Shown piece after piece: positions 61,119 to 64,000 of a DNA stretch of 64,000 bases; the first letter of the stretch is position 1; each line of letters opens with the position of its first letter. Source of the stretch: Hemiscyllium ocellatum (lineage: Eukaryota); contig NC_083423.1 in the NCBI RefSeq assembly GCF_020745735.1, positions 23,932,001 to 23,996,000 on the forward strand. Reading direction: 5' to 3'. Under the pieces are notes generated by a model. It was not told the DNA's origin. It did no database searches and saw only the letters and a list, made by a program, of their open reading frames with translations. Made by a program: the position numbers and the translations under genes.

Positions 61119-62104
61119 TCCATCACAGAACCACCCTGTCACAGAGCCCTGTCATAGACACCCTTGTCATAACAGATTCCAGCATAGATCCCTCAGCCCA
61201 GAATCCAGTTTGTAGCCCCACCATCACCCCACTCTCAGTTCCATGCATGAACTCCTTTGTCTTAGAGCGCAGACATGAGTCATTCACTAAGGATCTGGGG
61301 ATGGGCATATTTTTGACATGTCTGAATCAATCACTACCACAGCAGACATGGAAGGTTGTTCTACCTATGTAATCACTACGAATCTCCAGATACTACTCAA
61401 TATCATTCCACTTGGACATTAGACAAAATGTAAGCGTGTGGACACACCAGTGTTCCCTCTAATGGTCTTACTGGCTGTGTGGGCCTCTGAGACTTGTGGG
61501 ACAATGACTTCTGATGATCGCCATGTTGTCTTATGAGGAAAGATTGGATATGCTGATCCTGTATCCTTCAGAGTTAGAAGAATGGAAAATATTTTTTCTA
61601 ATTCTCTGTCCCAGAACGATGGTTTTGAGTATATTTAACTCTAAGATCAATAGATTTATACATATTAACAATATCAAGTGATATGGGGTAGTGCAAGAAA
61701 ATGGTGTTGGGGTAGCAGATCACCAATAATCGCATCAAATGGAGAAGCAGGCCGAAGATACTAAGTTATCTATTCCTGCTTCTAATTTGTATTCCTCTAT
61801 GTTTTTACGTTCTTGGCTTCTTGAAATATATAAACTGAGGGGACTTGATAGGGTGGACACTAACAAAAAACTTTTTGCCCCTGTGGGACTATCTAGAATT
61901 GGGGGATGCCATTTAATAAAAAAGGGGTTTTCCATTTAAAGTGAAATTAAGTAAAGTTTCTTTTCTGAGGGTAGTGAGTCTTTGGAATTCCTTTCACCAG
62001 AGAATGGTGGAGGTAGGGGGAATATTGTGGGTAGGTGGGATTGTAGGATTGAGACCACAATCAGATCAGCCATGATCTTACTGAATGGCAGATTACTTCC
62101 AGAC

Positions 62105-62575
62105 TCATAGAGTCATAGAGGAGTACAGCATAGAAATAGATCCTTCAGTCCAACTCGTCCATGCCGACCAGATATCACAACCTAATCTAGTCCCACCTGC
62201 CAGTACCCGGCCCATATCCTTCTAAATCCTTCCTATTCATATACCCATCCAGGTGCCTTTTAAATATTGCAATTGTATTAGCCTCCACCACTTCCCCTGG
62301 CAGTTCATTCCATACATGTACTACCCTCTGCATGAAAAAGTTGCCCCTTAGGTCTCTTTTATATCTTTCCCCTCTCACCCTAAACCTATGCCCTCTAGTT
62401 CTGGACTCCCCCACCCCAGGAAAGAGACCTTGTCTATTTATCCTATCCATGCCCCTCATGATTTTATAAACCTCTATAAGGTCACCCCTCAGCCCCAGCC
62501 TATTTAAGCTCTCCCAATATCTCGAATCCTCCAACCCCGGCAACAACCCCAGTAAATCTTTTCTGAACCCTTTTG
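62105..62575 (-). mobile_element. CR1/HER1-type LINE 3' fragment
   Basis: [14 protein letters not shown]...WNELP; tail (ctctatga)n. Confidence 0.9.
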
Positions 62576-64000
62576 ACCTCATCTTTACCAATCTGCTGGC
62601 TGCAGATGCATCTGGCCATGACTGTATCAGTAAGAGTGACCACTGCACTGTCCTTGTGGAGACAAAGTCCTGCCTTCACACTGAGATCACCATCTGCCAT
62701 GTTGTATGACAGACTTCAAACAGATCTAGCAACTCAAGATTGGTCATTCGCAGCAGCAGAATTGTACTCCAACAAAATCCACAAACGCCAGCTTATCTCC
62801 CACTGGAACATTACCACCAAGCCAGGTTATAAACTCTGGTTCAATGGAGAATGCAGGAGGGCATACCTAAAACTGAGGTGTCACCTTGGTTTAAACTATA
62901 AAGCAGGATTACTTACGTGTCAAACAGCATAACCAGCAATAGATAGACATAATGAAGTGATCCCACAACCAATGGATCAGACCTCAAATCTGCACGACTG
63001 CCACATCCAGGCAAGAACATTGGTGGACAACTAAACAATTCACTAGAGAAGAAGGCTCCACAAATATCCCCATCCTCGATGACGGAAGATCTCAGAACAT
63101 CAATACAAAAGATAAGACTGAAGCACTCACAAATCTTTAGTCAACAATGCCAAGTGGACAATCCATTTCAGCCTCCTCTAGTGGTCTCCAGCATCACAGA
63201 GACTAGTCTTCAGCTAATTCAATTCAATATACATGAAATCAAGAAACAGTTGGAGGAACTGAATACTGCAATGTGGAAAATTGCCTTGGATGTCCTGTCC
63301 ACAAAGAGCAAGACAAATCTAACCCAGCCAATTACCTCCCTGTCAATCTATTATCAGTTGTCCGTAAAGTGATGGAAGATGTCACTAATTATACTATCAA
63401 GCAGCACCTGCTCAGCAATAGCCTGCTCGGTGATGCCCAGTTTGGGTTCTGGCAGGGCCATTCGGCTCCTGACCTCATTACAGCCTTGGTTCAAACATGG
63501 TCAAAAGAGCTGAATCCTAGTTGCGGTGTGAGAGTGACTGCCCTTGACATCAAAGCCACAGTTGACTGAGTAGGTTTCAAGGGGCCCAAGGAACACTGGA
63601 TTCAATGGAAATCGAGGCAAACTCTCCCATTGTTGGAGTCATACCGAGCAGATAGGAAGATGGTTGTGATTGTTTGAGGTCGGTCAGCTCAGCTTCAGTA
63701 CATATCTGCAATAGTTGCTTAGGCTAGTGTTCTAGGCACGACAACCTTCAGCTGCTTCACCAGTGACTTTCCGTCCATCATTATTGGGGGATGTTTGCCA
63801 GTGATTGCACAATGTTGAGCACTATCTGCATGCCTCACTAAACTGGAGCAGTCCATGGTCAAATGCAGAAAGGCTGCAAGCAAATATCCAGACTTGGGCT
63901 GGGAAGTGGAAAGTAACATTCACGACACACAAATGTCAGCCAACGACAGTACCATCTCCAATAAGAGACAATCTAATCTTTGATCTTTGAAATTTAATGA
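62575..64000 (+). mobile_element. Decayed LINE RT region
   Basis: DKSNPANY.P..LLS..KVME, QFGF..GHS..DL, ALDIK motifs. Confidence 0.75.

Overview
Vertebrate genomic DNA, most likely a shark (inferred from HE1/V-type SINEs and HER1/CR1-type LINE tails). It holds two convergent spliced genes. LMF2 is on + with 14 coding exons (3442-31217, 711 aa, all exon phases consistent). MIOX is on - with all diiron ligands intact (stop at 33663); its most 5' exons are at 46795-47202 and its start codon is uncertain. A CpG-rich, probably bidirectional promoter lies at about 2.8-3.0 kb. The rest is dominated by retroelements: CR1-type LINEs, HE1 SINEs, a Gypsy remnant and Penelope-like elements (PLEs) of Poseidon and Neptune type. 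The most notable signals are three. (1) About 20 minimal hammerhead-ribozyme motifs (CUGANGA-N-stemII-GAAA-S-NUH) from at least four PLE families, several intact and with compensatory base changes. (2) At least six PLE insertions are two-tailed inverted structures inside one 10-16 bp target-site duplication; one end is consistently full-length and the other about 30-40 nt shorter, often with microhomology to the target. (3) The largest of these makes a 1.27 kb near-perfect inverted repeat in the last LMF2 intron. Exon and motif coordinates were counted by hand; repeat boundaries are approximate.
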